55,129 nt of DNA from a virus (taxonomy: Duplodnaviria; Caudoviricetes). Within the stretch, counting starts at the first letter, position 1, and each line of letters begins with the position of its first letter. The position numbers and the translations under genes are program-made. This document shows positions 8,993 to 19,741 of the stretch, one piece after another. The DNA is taken from IMG/VR virus record IMGVR_UViG_3300042882_000260, positions 1 to 55,129 of that record; one strand, given 5' to 3'. Below the pieces are notes generated by a model. That model saw only the letters and a list, made by a program, of their open reading frames with translations, was not told the DNA's origin and searched no databases.

Positions 8993-10836
8993 TGGCAGCC
9001 TCTGTTGTTGTTTTAAAGTCAGGAGCAGGCATCAAACGTGACGGCACCATCTTTGAGGGTGACTTTTACGTTGACGGCTCTTGGGTTAGATTCCAACGTG
9101 GATTGCCTCGTAAGATCTGGGGCTATCGTGCAATTTCTCTATATCTACCGCAGATCGTTCGTGGTCTAAACACTTTCGTGCAAAACCAATTGGTTTACAC
9201 GCACGCAGGCTCAGAAGATACAATTAAACGGTTCACCATAAACAGCTCATTTATTCCGTCAGTGGTTAGCGATCGTACGCCAGTTGACGTCAGCGCTACG
9301 GGTACAGTGACTTTAACCGGTGGCGGCGCAGGCTCTGTAGACAGTGTCACCGTTAACGGCGTAACAATCACCTCAGGCGTAGTTGCGTTTAGCGTAGACT
9401 TGCCAACAACCGCGACGGCTGTAGCGGCAAACATTACAGCTTACGCGTCGACACCTAACTACACAGCAGTGGCTGTTGGTTCTGTCATTACAATTACAGC
9501 CGCTACTGCTGGCTCAGCAAGCAATGGCTTTATTGTTGCAACAACACTAACAACCATAACCGCCACAACAACAAACATGGCTGGTGGCTCCAATGGTTTG
9601 ATTGCTGACAACAATAACACCTGGATGTTTGACGTCATGTTTGACTCTGTCTCACTTGATAACCTATTGGTTGCGTCCGTTGCGCCTAATCTAACAGCGA
9701 TTGACTCTTCTGCTGACGGTCAAATATTCACAGGTAACGTGCTAGGCACTGATCCATTGGTTGAGGTTGAGCTACCTGCCAACGCTAACGCCTCTGGTGG
9801 CATGGTCGTCTTGCACCCTTACTTGTTCTACTACGGAACGGCAGGTATTGTCGGATGGTCTGTTCCTGGAGATCCAAGAGATTTGACTGGTTCAGGATCT
9901 GGACAGGCTCGTGTAGCTGGACAAAAGATACTTAAAGGATTGCCATTGCGTGCTGGTGCTGGTTCTGCACCTGCTGGTCTGTTCTGGGCTTACAATGCAC
10001 TTATCCGCTCTACATTCACTGGCGGTGCTACAGTATTTCAGTTTGATACCATATCTGCTGAGACAACCGTTTTAAGTCCTAACAGCATAATTGAGTACGA
10101 CGGTATTTACTACTGGTGTGGTGTAGATCGATTCTTAATGTTTAACGGTGTGGTGCGTGAGTTACCAAACACCATGAACCTCAACTACTTTTTTGATAAT
10201 TTAAACAATGAACAAGCGCAAAAAGTATTCGCCACCAAGGTACCACGTTTCGGAGAGATATGGTGGTGCTTTCCTTTCGGAACCAGCACCGAATGTAATC
10301 ACGCTATTGTTTACAATGTACGTGAAAACACCTGGTACGACACAGAACTCCCAAACTCAGGACGCTCTGCTGGTTCATTCGTCCCCTTCTTTGCGGCACC
10401 ATTGACCACTGGCGTAACCAACCAAAACGGTTTGGGTTATAAGGTTTGGCTGCAAGAGCAAGGCTTGGATGAGATTGATGGCACAACAGTTAACGCGATT
10501 GTCTCTTACTTTGAAACTGCTGACTTATCACTGGCAGTGCTAAACAATCAAAATCGCAAGGTTAAGATTAGCTACATCGAGCCGGACTTCGTGCAAGAGG
10601 GCGACATGACTGTTGAAGTTAAAGGTCGTGCTAACGCTAGGGCACCAACAGTGACTAGTAACGTGGTGACGTTTGTGGCCAACCCAGGTTCTGATCCTGC
10701 TGCGCAGATCGTGCCGTTCAAAGAGCAACGCCGTGAGATGCGTGTAAGGTTCACAAGCAACGCAATTGGTGGCGACTACCAAATGGGCCAAGTGCTAATG
10801 CACATCGAGCCAGGTGACGGAACGATAACAGGATGA
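8992..10836 (+). CDS. Tail nozzle / stabilisation protein (P22 gp10-like role)
   Basis: WVRFQRGLPRKIWG start; FGEIWWCFP...VYNVRENTWY; size and position. Confidence 0.7.
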   Translation: MAASVVVLKSGAGIKRDGTIFEGDFYVDGSWVRFQRGLPRKIWGYRAISLYLPQIVRGLNTFVQNQLVYTHAGSEDTIKRFTINSSFIPSVVSDRTPVDVSATGTVTLTGGGAGSVDSVTVNGVTITSGVVAFSVDLPTTATAVAANITAYASTPNYTAVAVGSVITITAATAGSASNGFIVATTLTTITATTTNMAGGSNGLIADNNNTWMFDVMFDSVSLDNLLVASVAPNLTAIDSSADGQIFTGNVLGTDPLVEVELPANANASGGMVVLHPYLFYYGTAGIVGWSVPGDPRDLTGSGSGQARVAGQKILKGLPLRAGAGSAPAGLFWAYNALIRSTFTGGATVFQFDTISAETTVLSPNSIIEYDGIYYWCGVDRFLMFNGVVRELPNTMNLNYFFDNLNNEQAQKVFATKVPRFGEIWWCFPFGTSTECNHAIVYNVRENTWYDTELPNSGRSAGSFVPFFAAPLTTGVTNQNGLGYKVWLQEQGLDEIDGTTVNAIVSYFETADLSLAVLNNQNRKVKISYIEPDFVQEGDMTVEVKGRANARAPTVTSNVVTFVANPGSDPAAQIVPFKEQRREMRVRFTSNAIGGDYQMGQVLMHIEPGDGTITG

Positions 10837-11072
10837 GTTTTAACATTACACTACCTGTTGGGTTGGAGCTCATGGATTGGGCAGACCAAATTACGTTTGA
10901 TTTAGATAACCAAACATCTCTTTCAAAATTGATGAACGACGATGAGTGGCAAGATTGGGCAGTACAGTTTGTAACAGCAACGGGGTTGTCAGGATATAAT
11001 GTCCCAACTCCGTATGGATTTGATAATTGGCAACCATGGGCAGATAGCTTGTGCAAAGCACTACAGGCATAA
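10833..11072 (+). CDS. Hypothetical Trp-rich small protein
   Basis: ATGA overlap; WQDWA and WQPWA repeats. Confidence 0.65.
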   Translation: MSFNITLPVGLELMDWADQITFDLDNQTSLSKLMNDDEWQDWAVQFVTATGLSGYNVPTPYGFDNWQPWADSLCKALQA

Positions 11073-11085
11073 TAGGGGTAATAAA

Positions 11086-12900
11086 ATGGCAAACAAAGAC
11101 AACTTAATTAAACTGGTCGCACAAAAATTGGGACCAGATCAACTTAACCAAATGGTGGATCAAGCTGCGCAAGCGCTTAGTCAAGACCCCGATGTCACGC
11201 CCGACGTTATTAATAAAATCATCGAGATGTTTGAGTTCGTTGCTGAGAACCCTGACGAGTATCAGTCTGTGGTTCAACAAGCCATTCAAACTGGCGCGTT
11301 AGATGAGGGTGACTTGCCTCCAGAGTTTGATCCGGTAGTAATTGCCGTTATTTTGTTAGCCTTCTATGGCCTACGTGATCGCGTTGGTGGCGAAATGCAA
11401 ATGGCCCAAGGTGGCCTTGCTAGCATGGCTCAGCGCGTACAATCTGCTGGTAGAAACGGCGACACAATGCTCGCGCATATCACACCACAAGAGGCCTCAC
11501 TGTTAGAGCGCCGTGGTGGCCTAGGTTCAATGAACCCAAACACCGGCTTGCCTGAGTACGGGTTCATGAAGAAATTAAAGAAAATAGTTAAAGCCGTAGC
11601 GCCAATTGCCGTTTCATTTATTCCAGGTATTGGTCCACTAGCTGCTGCAGCGTTGTCTGCAGGTACCACTGCGGCATTAGGTGGCAACCTTAAGGAAAGC
11701 TTGTTGTCTGGGCTTGGCGGCGCTTTAGGTACAGTAAAGGGCATGAATTTTGCTGGTAACCTTGGTCAAAGTTTAAATCAAGCCGTACCAGGCTTAAGCA
11801 CATTAGGCCTAAGCAACCAAGTACTTGGCTCTGGCATACTAGGTGGTGCGGCAAGTGCTATTGCAGGTAAGAACCCATTAACTGGCGCGCTGACTGCTGG
11901 TCTAACTAGCTACGCCGCGCCTAAGATTGCAGAATCATTAAATGCTAACATAGCAGGTTCGCAAGGTGTTACAGCTGACATGGTACGTGGCGCAAACATC
12001 GCTGCGCAAACTGGTGGCAATCCACTAGTTGGCGCTGGTGCTGCCGGTATTGGTAGTATCGCTGGCAACCTAATGAGCGATGGCTCTTTGTTGGGTCCAC
12101 AAGCGGCTGTAGATAGTATGGGTAATAAATTACCTCCATTGTTAGGTGAAACGCCTAACCCTACAGACTTGGTAACCTTAGACAATGGTATGACAACACA
12201 GTATCAAGATATGGTGCCAGGTTCTAATTATGAGCTTGCTCAAACACCAGTCATCTCTGGTACAGTTGGCGCACCTGCACCTACAACTGGTGCCTTGTCA
12301 CAAGTAGCTCAAGCCGCCGCGCCATCAACCGGCTTCGGCTTTGGTGATATTGCTAAGGTTGGTTTAATTGGCAGCTTGATCGCTGGTAAGACACCACAAC
12401 AAGCGCAACAAAATATTCAAGATTCTGCGTTAACTGCTCAACAAAAAGAGGGCATGCTACGCTCACTAACCAACTACACATTTAGTCCAAACATGACTAC
12501 CTTCCCAACCGAAGGTACGCCAGAGTATGATAAATTGATGTCTGATTTATCAAAAGGCATTGAGCAAACTTACTCTAACCCAACCTTTACAGAAGTCAAA
12601 GCTAAAGGTGGCCGCACTAAACGTCAACCACGAGGCGCATTAAGCCAAATGTCATACGCCGTAGAGGGCCCAGGCACTGGTCGCTCAGACAGCATAGACG
12701 CTAGATTATCTGACGGCGAGTATGTCATTGATGCCGAAACTGTGGCATTATTAGGTAATGGTTCAACACGAGCAGGTGCCGCGATGCTCGATCAAATGAG
12801 ACAAGGTATTAGACAACAAAAGGGTAAGGCTTTAGCTAAGGGCAAGTTTAGTCCTGACGCCAAATCGCCCTTGGCATACATGAAAGGCGGATTACGATAA
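11086..12900 (+). CDS. Internal virion (ejection) protein 1
   Basis: GRNGDTMLAHI...NPNTGLPEY and GPGTGRSDSIDARLSDGEYVI motifs; Gly/Ala hydrophobic core; GG motifs. Confidence 0.7.
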   Translation: MANKDNLIKLVAQKLGPDQLNQMVDQAAQALSQDPDVTPDVINKIIEMFEFVAENPDEYQSVVQQAIQTGALDEGDLPPEFDPVVIAVILLAFYGLRDRVGGEMQMAQGGLASMAQRVQSAGRNGDTMLAHITPQEASLLERRGGLGSMNPNTGLPEYGFMKKLKKIVKAVAPIAVSFIPGIGPLAAAALSAGTTAALGGNLKESLLSGLGGALGTVKGMNFAGNLGQSLNQAVPGLSTLGLSNQVLGSGILGGAASAIAGKNPLTGALTAGLTSYAAPKIAESLNANIAGSQGVTADMVRGANIAAQTGGNPLVGAGAAGIGSIAGNLMSDGSLLGPQAAVDSMGNKLPPLLGETPNPTDLVTLDNGMTTQYQDMVPGSNYELAQTPVISGTVGAPAPTTGALSQVAQAAAPSTGFGFGDIAKVGLIGSLIAGKTPQQAQQNIQDSALTAQQKEGMLRSLTNYTFSPNMTTFPTEGTPEYDKLMSDLSKGIEQTYSNPTFTEVKAKGGRTKRQPRGALSQMSYAVEGPGTGRSDSIDARLSDGEYVIDAETVALLGNGSTRAGAAMLDQMRQGIRQQKGKALAKGKFSPDAKSPLAYMKGGLR

Positions 12901-15900
12901 TGGCATCTTTATTTGCAGGCACCCCACAACAGGCACCTAGCTACGCGGCAACCACGTCGGATGTGCCAAAGTGGTTACAAGACTACACCGTTGACTTGTT
13001 CTCACAACAACGCGCTGTATCAGGTACACCTTTTCAACCGTACGAGTTGCCTAGGATTGCACAACAAACAGCGCCTACCACTGCCGCGTACGACTTAATA
13101 CAAAAGAATATTGGCGCTTATCAGCCAACCGTTCAGAACGCAATCACTGGTACACAAGGCTTAGCTGGGCAATCAGCAGTTAGCAACATTGGCACCTACA
13201 TGAATCCGTACACTCAAAACGTGACGGATCAAATCGCTAAGCTCGGCGCGCGTAACCTATCTGAAAACTTATTGCCGGCTGTTAGCGATCAGTTTATTAA
13301 GGCTGGCCAGTTTGGCTCATCAGGCATGGGTACGTTCGGCAACCGCGCATTGCGTGATACTCAAGAGTCTATATTGGCTAACCAAGCTTCGGCGTTGCAA
13401 TCAGGTTACACTCAAGCGTTGGGCGCAAGCCAAGCGGATCTAACACGTCAACAGGGTGCACTGGCACAGACTGCTGACTTAGCTAAGGCACAACAAGGCT
13501 TGTCTACCGCTGACGCTGCAGCACTACAATCAATCGGTGCTGAGCAACAAGCTCAACAACAAAAAGGCTTAGATGTAGCTTACCAAGATTTTCAAAATCA
13601 AATAAATTACCCGCAAACTCAAATTAATAATATGAGTACAACATTGCGTGGCTTACCTGCAAATGCAACACCCACTACAGGTACAACATCAAGCTATAAA
13701 ACGGAATTTGCACCAAGCACATTAGGCCAAATTGCCGGCGCATATAGTTTATTTCAAGGCGTTAATTCGGCACAGGCGCAAAAAGCACTTGGGGCAGCTA
13801 AAGGTGGCGTGGTTAATGGTTACGCTGAAGGTGGTGCAGTAGGCGCAGACGACTTGCACGGCGCTGTTATGGCTGACTATGGTAAGTACTTTAAACGTGG
13901 TGGCATGGTATCAGGCTATGCTTTTGGGGGAAGAACAATGGCAACAGCCACTGCTCAACCAGGAATGTCTAGTATAGGTAACAAAACTATTCCTGAGCTA
14001 GAGCAGTACATTGCTGATTTAAAAAACAATAGAGTTATGCCTGGTGCAATTCAAGGTCGTAGCTTTGGCATGAGTGGCATGTTTAACAAATTAATGCCTC
14101 AACTTATGATACAAGTTGCAGAAAACCAATTGGCAGATAAACAAGCCGCTAATGCACCAACGTCTACTGCTGATCATTACACACAGACAATAACTGCACC
14201 TAACGTGGCCTTAGCTGCGCCAGTTAATATGCCAGCCAACATTGACGAGCTTAACGCTAAGTACTATCAAGGTGGCGACCCATACGGTAAGTATTTAGGT
14301 CAAGGTTATTCACACGGTGGCATGGTGCCAGGCTACGCTGAAGAGGGTTACGTTGATGCAGAAGATCCTGCACCAATGGTTGATGGTGGCCAAGCGTTTG
14401 CTGATCAGTACGCACAAGGTCAGTTGGAGTACCCAACACAACAAGACGCACCGGTGCGAGTAGCGCCAACGATGTCTTACATGCAAGACCCTGAGGTAAT
14501 GCAGGCTAACGCTGAGCGTAAGGCGTTGCTAAAACAATTACAAACATCTTTGTCTAACGCCCCGGCTGGTCGAGACACTGGTCCTACTGAGTCTGAGATG
14601 TGGTTCAATCGTGCCGCAGCGTTCTTAGACCCAGGCAAGACTGGCTCCTTCGGTGAGGGCTTACAACACCTATCCGCTGTAGAGGCCGCGCATAAGGCTG
14701 AGCAACGCAAGGCTAAGATTGCCAACCAAGCAGCAGACTTACAACGCTTACAGGCACGTTCAGAGTTAGCTCAAAAACAATACGAGATGACAATGGACGA
14801 AGGTAAACGTCGCATGATTGAGCAATACCTAACACCAACACCTCGTTCAACTGATGGTGGTAAAGTTAGCGGTTACGATACAGGTATTCCAGACAATATG
14901 AAGGCCTTGTTGTTATCTTTAGATGCAGATGAAGCTGTAAAAACATTGGTCGAGATGGCTAAAGAAAATAACAAAGCTTCTGATTTAATTAAAGGGGTTA
15001 GGGAATTAGTTAAACTTGGCAAAGTTACCGAAGAAAAAGCTGCTCAAATTCTTGAAGACAACTTACAAGGTAAACTTGAGATGATTGACGTGGCTGTTCC
15101 TGAGTTGGGCGGTACGTTTAAACTTACTGGCCCTGAGGCTCGTAAGTACTATGATTCAGGTGTGTTGCCTAAACGTTTTGCGCCAACGGCTGCACCTGCT
15201 GAAGCAACTACACAAACTACTGCACCTGCTGGGGCACCTGCTCAAGCTGCGCCTAAACAATTACCACTATCACAAGAGCAAATGAAAGCTAAAGAGACTG
15301 GCTTAGTTGAACAGTCTAAAGCCGACATTGCAGCGAGTGGCGACTTGTTAGCTCAAAAATCATTTGCTAAGCAACAAAAAGATGCGGCCAACCTTGTGCT
15401 TGGTTACGCTACAAAAAGCCCTAAATCATTTGGTATCCTTGCCGATCCTACGTTCTCAAACGCACTGGCTAGCCTAGTTGATACTGGTGTTAACACACCG
15501 TGGGGTAGCGTTGGTTTGGCCGTTGAAGAGCCTATCGCTAAGCTTAAGCTAACTGGCCCAGAGGCCTCTGTTCGTCAATTAGCCGCTGCACCTATAGCGT
15601 TGATTGAGGTTGGTTACCGTAAGATGTTCTTAAAAGGCGAAGGCGCCGTGTCTAACATGGAGGGTGCGTTAACCAAGTACATTGGTCCACAGCTTTCTGA
15701 TAACGCTAAGACTGTTCAACTTAAAGCGGGTATGATTACCATTGGTGCTGAGAAGCAAGAAAAAATAATCGATGCCTTTGAAAAATACAAAGAGCAGCAT
15801 CCAGAGGCTGGTCCACGTTCTTTCTATCAAACGCCTGAGTATAAACGTATCAACGATAGCTATGAAACTAAATACCGTGCGTTTGCTGAGAAGAACGGCA

Positions 15901-15989
15901 TACCAGTTGCTGCTAGCACGTCTGGTAGCAGCTTAGCAGAACGGATAAGACAAGAGCGCGTTAATCGTAAAAACAAAGAAGGAAAATAA
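12900..15989 (+). CDS. Internal virion (ejection) protein 2
   Basis: Gln/Ala-rich helical protein, YMNPY motif, cluster of GG motifs at 13794-14350. Confidence 0.7.
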   Translation: MASLFAGTPQQAPSYAATTSDVPKWLQDYTVDLFSQQRAVSGTPFQPYELPRIAQQTAPTTAAYDLIQKNIGAYQPTVQNAITGTQGLAGQSAVSNIGTYMNPYTQNVTDQIAKLGARNLSENLLPAVSDQFIKAGQFGSSGMGTFGNRALRDTQESILANQASALQSGYTQALGASQADLTRQQGALAQTADLAKAQQGLSTADAAALQSIGAEQQAQQQKGLDVAYQDFQNQINYPQTQINNMSTTLRGLPANATPTTGTTSSYKTEFAPSTLGQIAGAYSLFQGVNSAQAQKALGAAKGGVVNGYAEGGAVGADDLHGAVMADYGKYFKRGGMVSGYAFGGRTMATATAQPGMSSIGNKTIPELEQYIADLKNNRVMPGAIQGRSFGMSGMFNKLMPQLMIQVAENQLADKQAANAPTSTADHYTQTITAPNVALAAPVNMPANIDELNAKYYQGGDPYGKYLGQGYSHGGMVPGYAEEGYVDAEDPAPMVDGGQAFADQYAQGQLEYPTQQDAPVRVAPTMSYMQDPEVMQANAERKALLKQLQTSLSNAPAGRDTGPTESEMWFNRAAAFLDPGKTGSFGEGLQHLSAVEAAHKAEQRKAKIANQAADLQRLQARSELAQKQYEMTMDEGKRRMIEQYLTPTPRSTDGGKVSGYDTGIPDNMKALLLSLDADEAVKTLVEMAKENNKASDLIKGVRELVKLGKVTEEKAAQILEDNLQGKLEMIDVAVPELGGTFKLTGPEARKYYDSGVLPKRFAPTAAPAEATTQTTAPAGAPAQAAPKQLPLSQEQMKAKETGLVEQSKADIAASGDLLAQKSFAKQQKDAANLVLGYATKSPKSFGILADPTFSNALASLVDTGVNTPWGSVGLAVEEPIAKLKLTGPEASVRQLAAAPIALIEVGYRKMFLKGEGAVSNMEGALTKYIGPQLSDNAKTVQLKAGMITIGAEKQEKIIDAFEKYKEQHPEAGPRSFYQTPEYKRINDSYETKYRAFAEKNGIPVAASTSGSSLAERIRQERVNRKNKEGK

Positions 15990-15991
15990 TC

Positions 15992-18900
15992 ATGGCTGAT
16001 AACGTAGAGATCACGCTTAAACCTGTACCTGTCTCGCCTGATAATAAATCATCGATTGATTATGACTCGTTGTCAGAAGATCAAAAGCTTATAGCCAATA
16101 AGATTTTTGATGAGGCAGAAAGACAAGGCGTTGACCCTGATCTTATGTTATCGCTTGCGCACATTGAAAATCGTTTCAACACGGGGCCATCACCCAAGGG
16201 TGCGCTAGGCCCAATGCAATTAATGCCCGGTACGGCTGAAGAGTTAAAAGTCGATCCGAACAACATAGATCAAAACATCTATGGTGGCGTCACTTATTTC
16301 AAGCGCATGCTCGACAAGTACAAAGACCCATACGTTGCAGGTATTGCTTACAACGCTGGCCCTGGTGTTGCCGATAAGTTCTTAGAGACAGACGACATTA
16401 GCGTCATCCCAACTGAGACACTAAACTACGTTGATCAGCTAGACAGACTGTATAAACCAAAAGGCGCTGACGTTGATGTAGACAACGTGCCAGTTATTCA
16501 GCCATTGCCGGAAGAGAAGGCAGCCTTTGAGCGTGACGCTATGGCTGAGGCGGCTGGTGCTGGTGCCGGTGCAACAGCCGGGTTGGCTAGTGGCGCTTAC
16601 ACCGAGGCTAAGATTAAACAAGCAGAGGCTGGTGAAAAGGCCGCTCAACGTCAAGCCGCCTCAGCAGAAAAACGCATCGCCGCTGGTGAGACTCGTGTCG
16701 CTGCCAAAGAGGGTGAGCACACCGGCCGTCTTAAAATACAAACAACTGCCGCTGAGTCATCAATAAAAGAGGCAGCTCGTTTACGCGATGCACAACTGGC
16801 TGCAGAAAAACGCTTGGCTAAGGCCACAGACAACGCTCGCCGCTACGGTGTACTAGAAGAGGCTGTTAAGACTACACCAGGTGGCGTGACACAACAAGGT
16901 GGCCTAGGCTCTGGCGCGATGCGTCACGCTAACGTCATGGGTGAGGTTCACGAGGCTAACGTTGTGCGTAAAGGCACCGAGACTGCCGGTCCAGGTTACT
17001 CACAAAAGTCACGCCTAATTGTCCCTGACAAGTACGCCGGTGCGTCTGTCTATAACCCAGAACAAATTGCTGCTCAAAAAGAGTTGGCTGCCGCTGATGC
17101 AGAGCACCAACGTTTAATCAAGGCAGCAGACAAGGCAGAGAGTGTTGCTCAAAAAGAGGCAGATCGCTTACGCAACCTAACAGAAAAAGGCCCAGCAGGT
17201 AAGACTGCTGCACAAGTCAATTTAGATTTAGCTAAAGCGGATTATGCTAAGGCTGCGGCTAATAAAGCACCTGGTGTTGGCACAAACATTGTTCGATATA
17301 TAAGTAAAATACCTGGCATGTCTATGCTCCCTGGTGCCGGCGCTGGCTTGGATATTGTTGAGGCCCGTGAGCGCTTTAAACAAGGCGACTACCCTGGCGC
17401 AGCAATCAGTGGCGTTGGTGCTGTTGGCGGTGCGTTGTCTATGATCCCACCTATTGGTCCAGTTGGCGCAGGTCTTAAAGTCATCGGTGGCTTAACGTCA
17501 TTGGCCGCACCTGCTCTAAACTATTACCGTGATAGTAGAGAGCCAGAGGCTAAGTACGCAGCTGGTGGCTTAATAAAAGGCTACGCGCAAGGTGGTAAAA
17601 AAGACGACGGCTATTTGATTGCGCCGCCAAAAAGCATGGCGGATGAAGCATTGCGTTGGTCTGGTGACAAGGTTGACTATGCAAGAAAACTTCTTAACGA
17701 GGCGCCAATTCCAAATCCATTTAAGCTATTAAGTGGCGATATAAGCCCAATGGACAGCGTAGGCGACTTGTACTTTGGCGATACAGCTGGGTTATTAAAC
17801 CGTTGGTCTGAAGGTAAAGCGCCTGTCACTTTCCCTGCGTATGGTCCTAAGGTAGTTAACGCTAAGTTTGATCCAGCGATTGTTGACGCTATTGGCGCAG
17901 CGTTTCCAATAGTATCTGCTGCAAAGGCTGGGCTACCTTTAGTTAAAGCTGGCGGCAAAAAATTATTTAACGAACTAGCGTCACAATATGAAGCGGGTAC
18001 TGGTATTGGTAAATACATGGTTGAACCTAGAATGAATATTGTTGAAAAAGATAAAGGTAAAACAATAAGAACAAACGATAGAGGCGCAGAAGTTACTCGC
18101 GCTAGTAGAACAAACAAAAAAACAGGTCAGTATGTTGGCGCACCTCCAGGTATTGATTCGCCACAGGCACTTGGTGCTTTAGTAAATGATTATGTTAAAG
18201 GTATGGAGCAAGGCTTACCAGGTAGAAATTTTTATACCGATTCAAGTAAAGATATTTGGGATCGAACTGGTCACAATATGACAGAAGCTGATTTGTTAGC
18301 TCAAAACATTGCTATTTTAAGTAGAGCAAATAATGTTGGTGGCAATACATCAATGTCCGCTAAAGCGCATATTCAAGCAGCAACCGGCGATCCTATTAAA
18401 ACAGGTCGATTCCCAAGTAAAGATTCGCCACCATTACAAGCAATGTATGACGCAGGGCAAGCAGAATACCTTGGGCATAAACGCGATCCGTTTGCAACAC
18501 AATTAGGTGTTACTTACGCCCCAGAACGAATTGGCCGCGGTGTTAATGATATGCATGAGGCCGAACTAATGGGATATCCGACGAATAAAGTCGCTGGGGC
18601 AACACAACATTCATTTATGGATGAAATACGAGCTCGTGCTATTGATAAAGCAAATCAAACAAACCTTGGTGGGTTTAATGATTGGGGTACTGGCAATGCA
18701 CAAGCAGCGGCATGGTCTGGAAATAAAATAAGACGAGGTGACATTTCTGCCGGAGATGCTGCAAAATCGTATGCTGATTATTTGCCGTTGCACGAAGCAA
18801 ATGCAACATACGAATCAGTAAGCTCGCCAGTGACAGGGCATTTGCAAGGATTACTTGATGCCCCTTTTGAAGAACGTTTAAAATATACATTTGATCCTAG

Positions 18901-19741
18901 TGGGTCGTGGGATACATCGGCATCTGGTAGAGACATTGGATATACTGTGTCTGGTTTATTGCCAGGTGAATCTTCTTATACCGTCGGTAGATTTAAAGAT
19001 TCAGCTAATCCGGCATTTGTTGCACGCCCTGTGATTGGTACTGAAACAACAGCTACTGGTGAACGAGTTATGACACCAGGGTCAGAAGGCGCTTTAAATG
19101 CAGTAGAAGCGTCTAGAGCATACTTTGATGCGCAAGAAGCTGCAGCATGGCATAAACTTATGCCTGCTAAAAATGCCGATGCTTATACTGGCGTGACTAT
19201 TGATTTTGGCAGGGAATTTACAAAATCAGATATGGAAAAAGTAGCACCGTTGTTTGAAAGTAAAGGTTATTACATAGCTAGTGCACCAGACGGTGTAACT
19301 ATTATGACAAACCCTAATACGCCAGTTGGTAAAGAGTTTTCTAATGATATTCGACAAATATTAAAAAATAACAAAAATATTTTTTCTAAGACAAAAACAG
19401 ATTTTGGTGCATTAAAATCTAAGTATATTGATTACGGTGATGCTTGGAGTTCTGGTGCCCCAGGATCAGTAACAAAAGAATTATTAAAATATATAGATGC
19501 TGCTCCAATAACTGGATCTAAATTAGAAGGAAGTCAACTTTATCGTGATACAGTTAAAGCAAGAACTGCTCGCGATTTAGCTGCTGAAAAATCAGGTTTA
19601 GGTAAAGTTAGAGCAGATATGGTTAGAGCAAGGGAAATATTTGCTAAAGACGGCTGGGCTGGATTAAGAAAAGCAGCTGAGGCCGGAATAGTTCCAGCCG
19701 TATTCTTATCACCTAATGCCGTACCGGAAGATTGGCGTTAA
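15992..19741 (+). CDS. Internal virion protein 3 with N-terminal lytic transglycosylase (SLT) and large C-terminal cargo region
   Basis: IENRFN...SPKGALGPMQLMPGTA...NIYGG...AYNAGPG SLT motifs. Confidence 0.85.
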   Translation: MADNVEITLKPVPVSPDNKSSIDYDSLSEDQKLIANKIFDEAERQGVDPDLMLSLAHIENRFNTGPSPKGALGPMQLMPGTAEELKVDPNNIDQNIYGGVTYFKRMLDKYKDPYVAGIAYNAGPGVADKFLETDDISVIPTETLNYVDQLDRLYKPKGADVDVDNVPVIQPLPEEKAAFERDAMAEAAGAGAGATAGLASGAYTEAKIKQAEAGEKAAQRQAASAEKRIAAGETRVAAKEGEHTGRLKIQTTAAESSIKEAARLRDAQLAAEKRLAKATDNARRYGVLEEAVKTTPGGVTQQGGLGSGAMRHANVMGEVHEANVVRKGTETAGPGYSQKSRLIVPDKYAGASVYNPEQIAAQKELAAADAEHQRLIKAADKAESVAQKEADRLRNLTEKGPAGKTAAQVNLDLAKADYAKAAANKAPGVGTNIVRYISKIPGMSMLPGAGAGLDIVEARERFKQGDYPGAAISGVGAVGGALSMIPPIGPVGAGLKVIGGLTSLAAPALNYYRDSREPEAKYAAGGLIKGYAQGGKKDDGYLIAPPKSMADEALRWSGDKVDYARKLLNEAPIPNPFKLLSGDISPMDSVGDLYFGDTAGLLNRWSEGKAPVTFPAYGPKVVNAKFDPAIVDAIGAAFPIVSAAKAGLPLVKAGGKKLFNELASQYEAGTGIGKYMVEPRMNIVEKDKGKTIRTNDRGAEVTRASRTNKKTGQYVGAPPGIDSPQALGALVNDYVKGMEQGLPGRNFYTDSSKDIWDRTGHNMTEADLLAQNIAILSRANNVGGNTSMSAKAHIQAATGDPIKTGRFPSKDSPPLQAMYDAGQAEYLGHKRDPFATQLGVTYAPERIGRGVNDMHEAELMGYPTNKVAGATQHSFMDEIRARAIDKANQTNLGGFNDWGTGNAQAAAWSGNKIRRGDISAGDAAKSYADYLPLHEANATYESVSSPVTGHLQGLLDAPFEERLKYTFDPSGSWDTSASGRDIGYTVSGLLPGESSYTVGRFKDSANPAFVARPVIGTETTATGERVMTPGSEGALNAVEASRAYFDAQEAAAWHKLMPAKNADAYTGVTIDFGREFTKSDMEKVAPLFESKGYYIASAPDGVTIMTNPNTPVGKEFSNDIRQILKNNKNIFSKTKTDFGALKSKYIDYGDAWSSGAPGSVTKELLKYIDAAPITGSKLEGSQLYRDTVKARTARDLAAEKSGLGKVRADMVRAREIFAKDGWAGLRKAAEAGIVPAVFLSPNAVPEDWR

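Noticed and set aside
11086-12900. Tape measure protein call from the GPGTGRSDSI..LSDGEYV motif
   Set aside because: No major tail tube or tail assembly chaperone genes; context is adaptor-nozzle-internal proteins of a short-tailed phage
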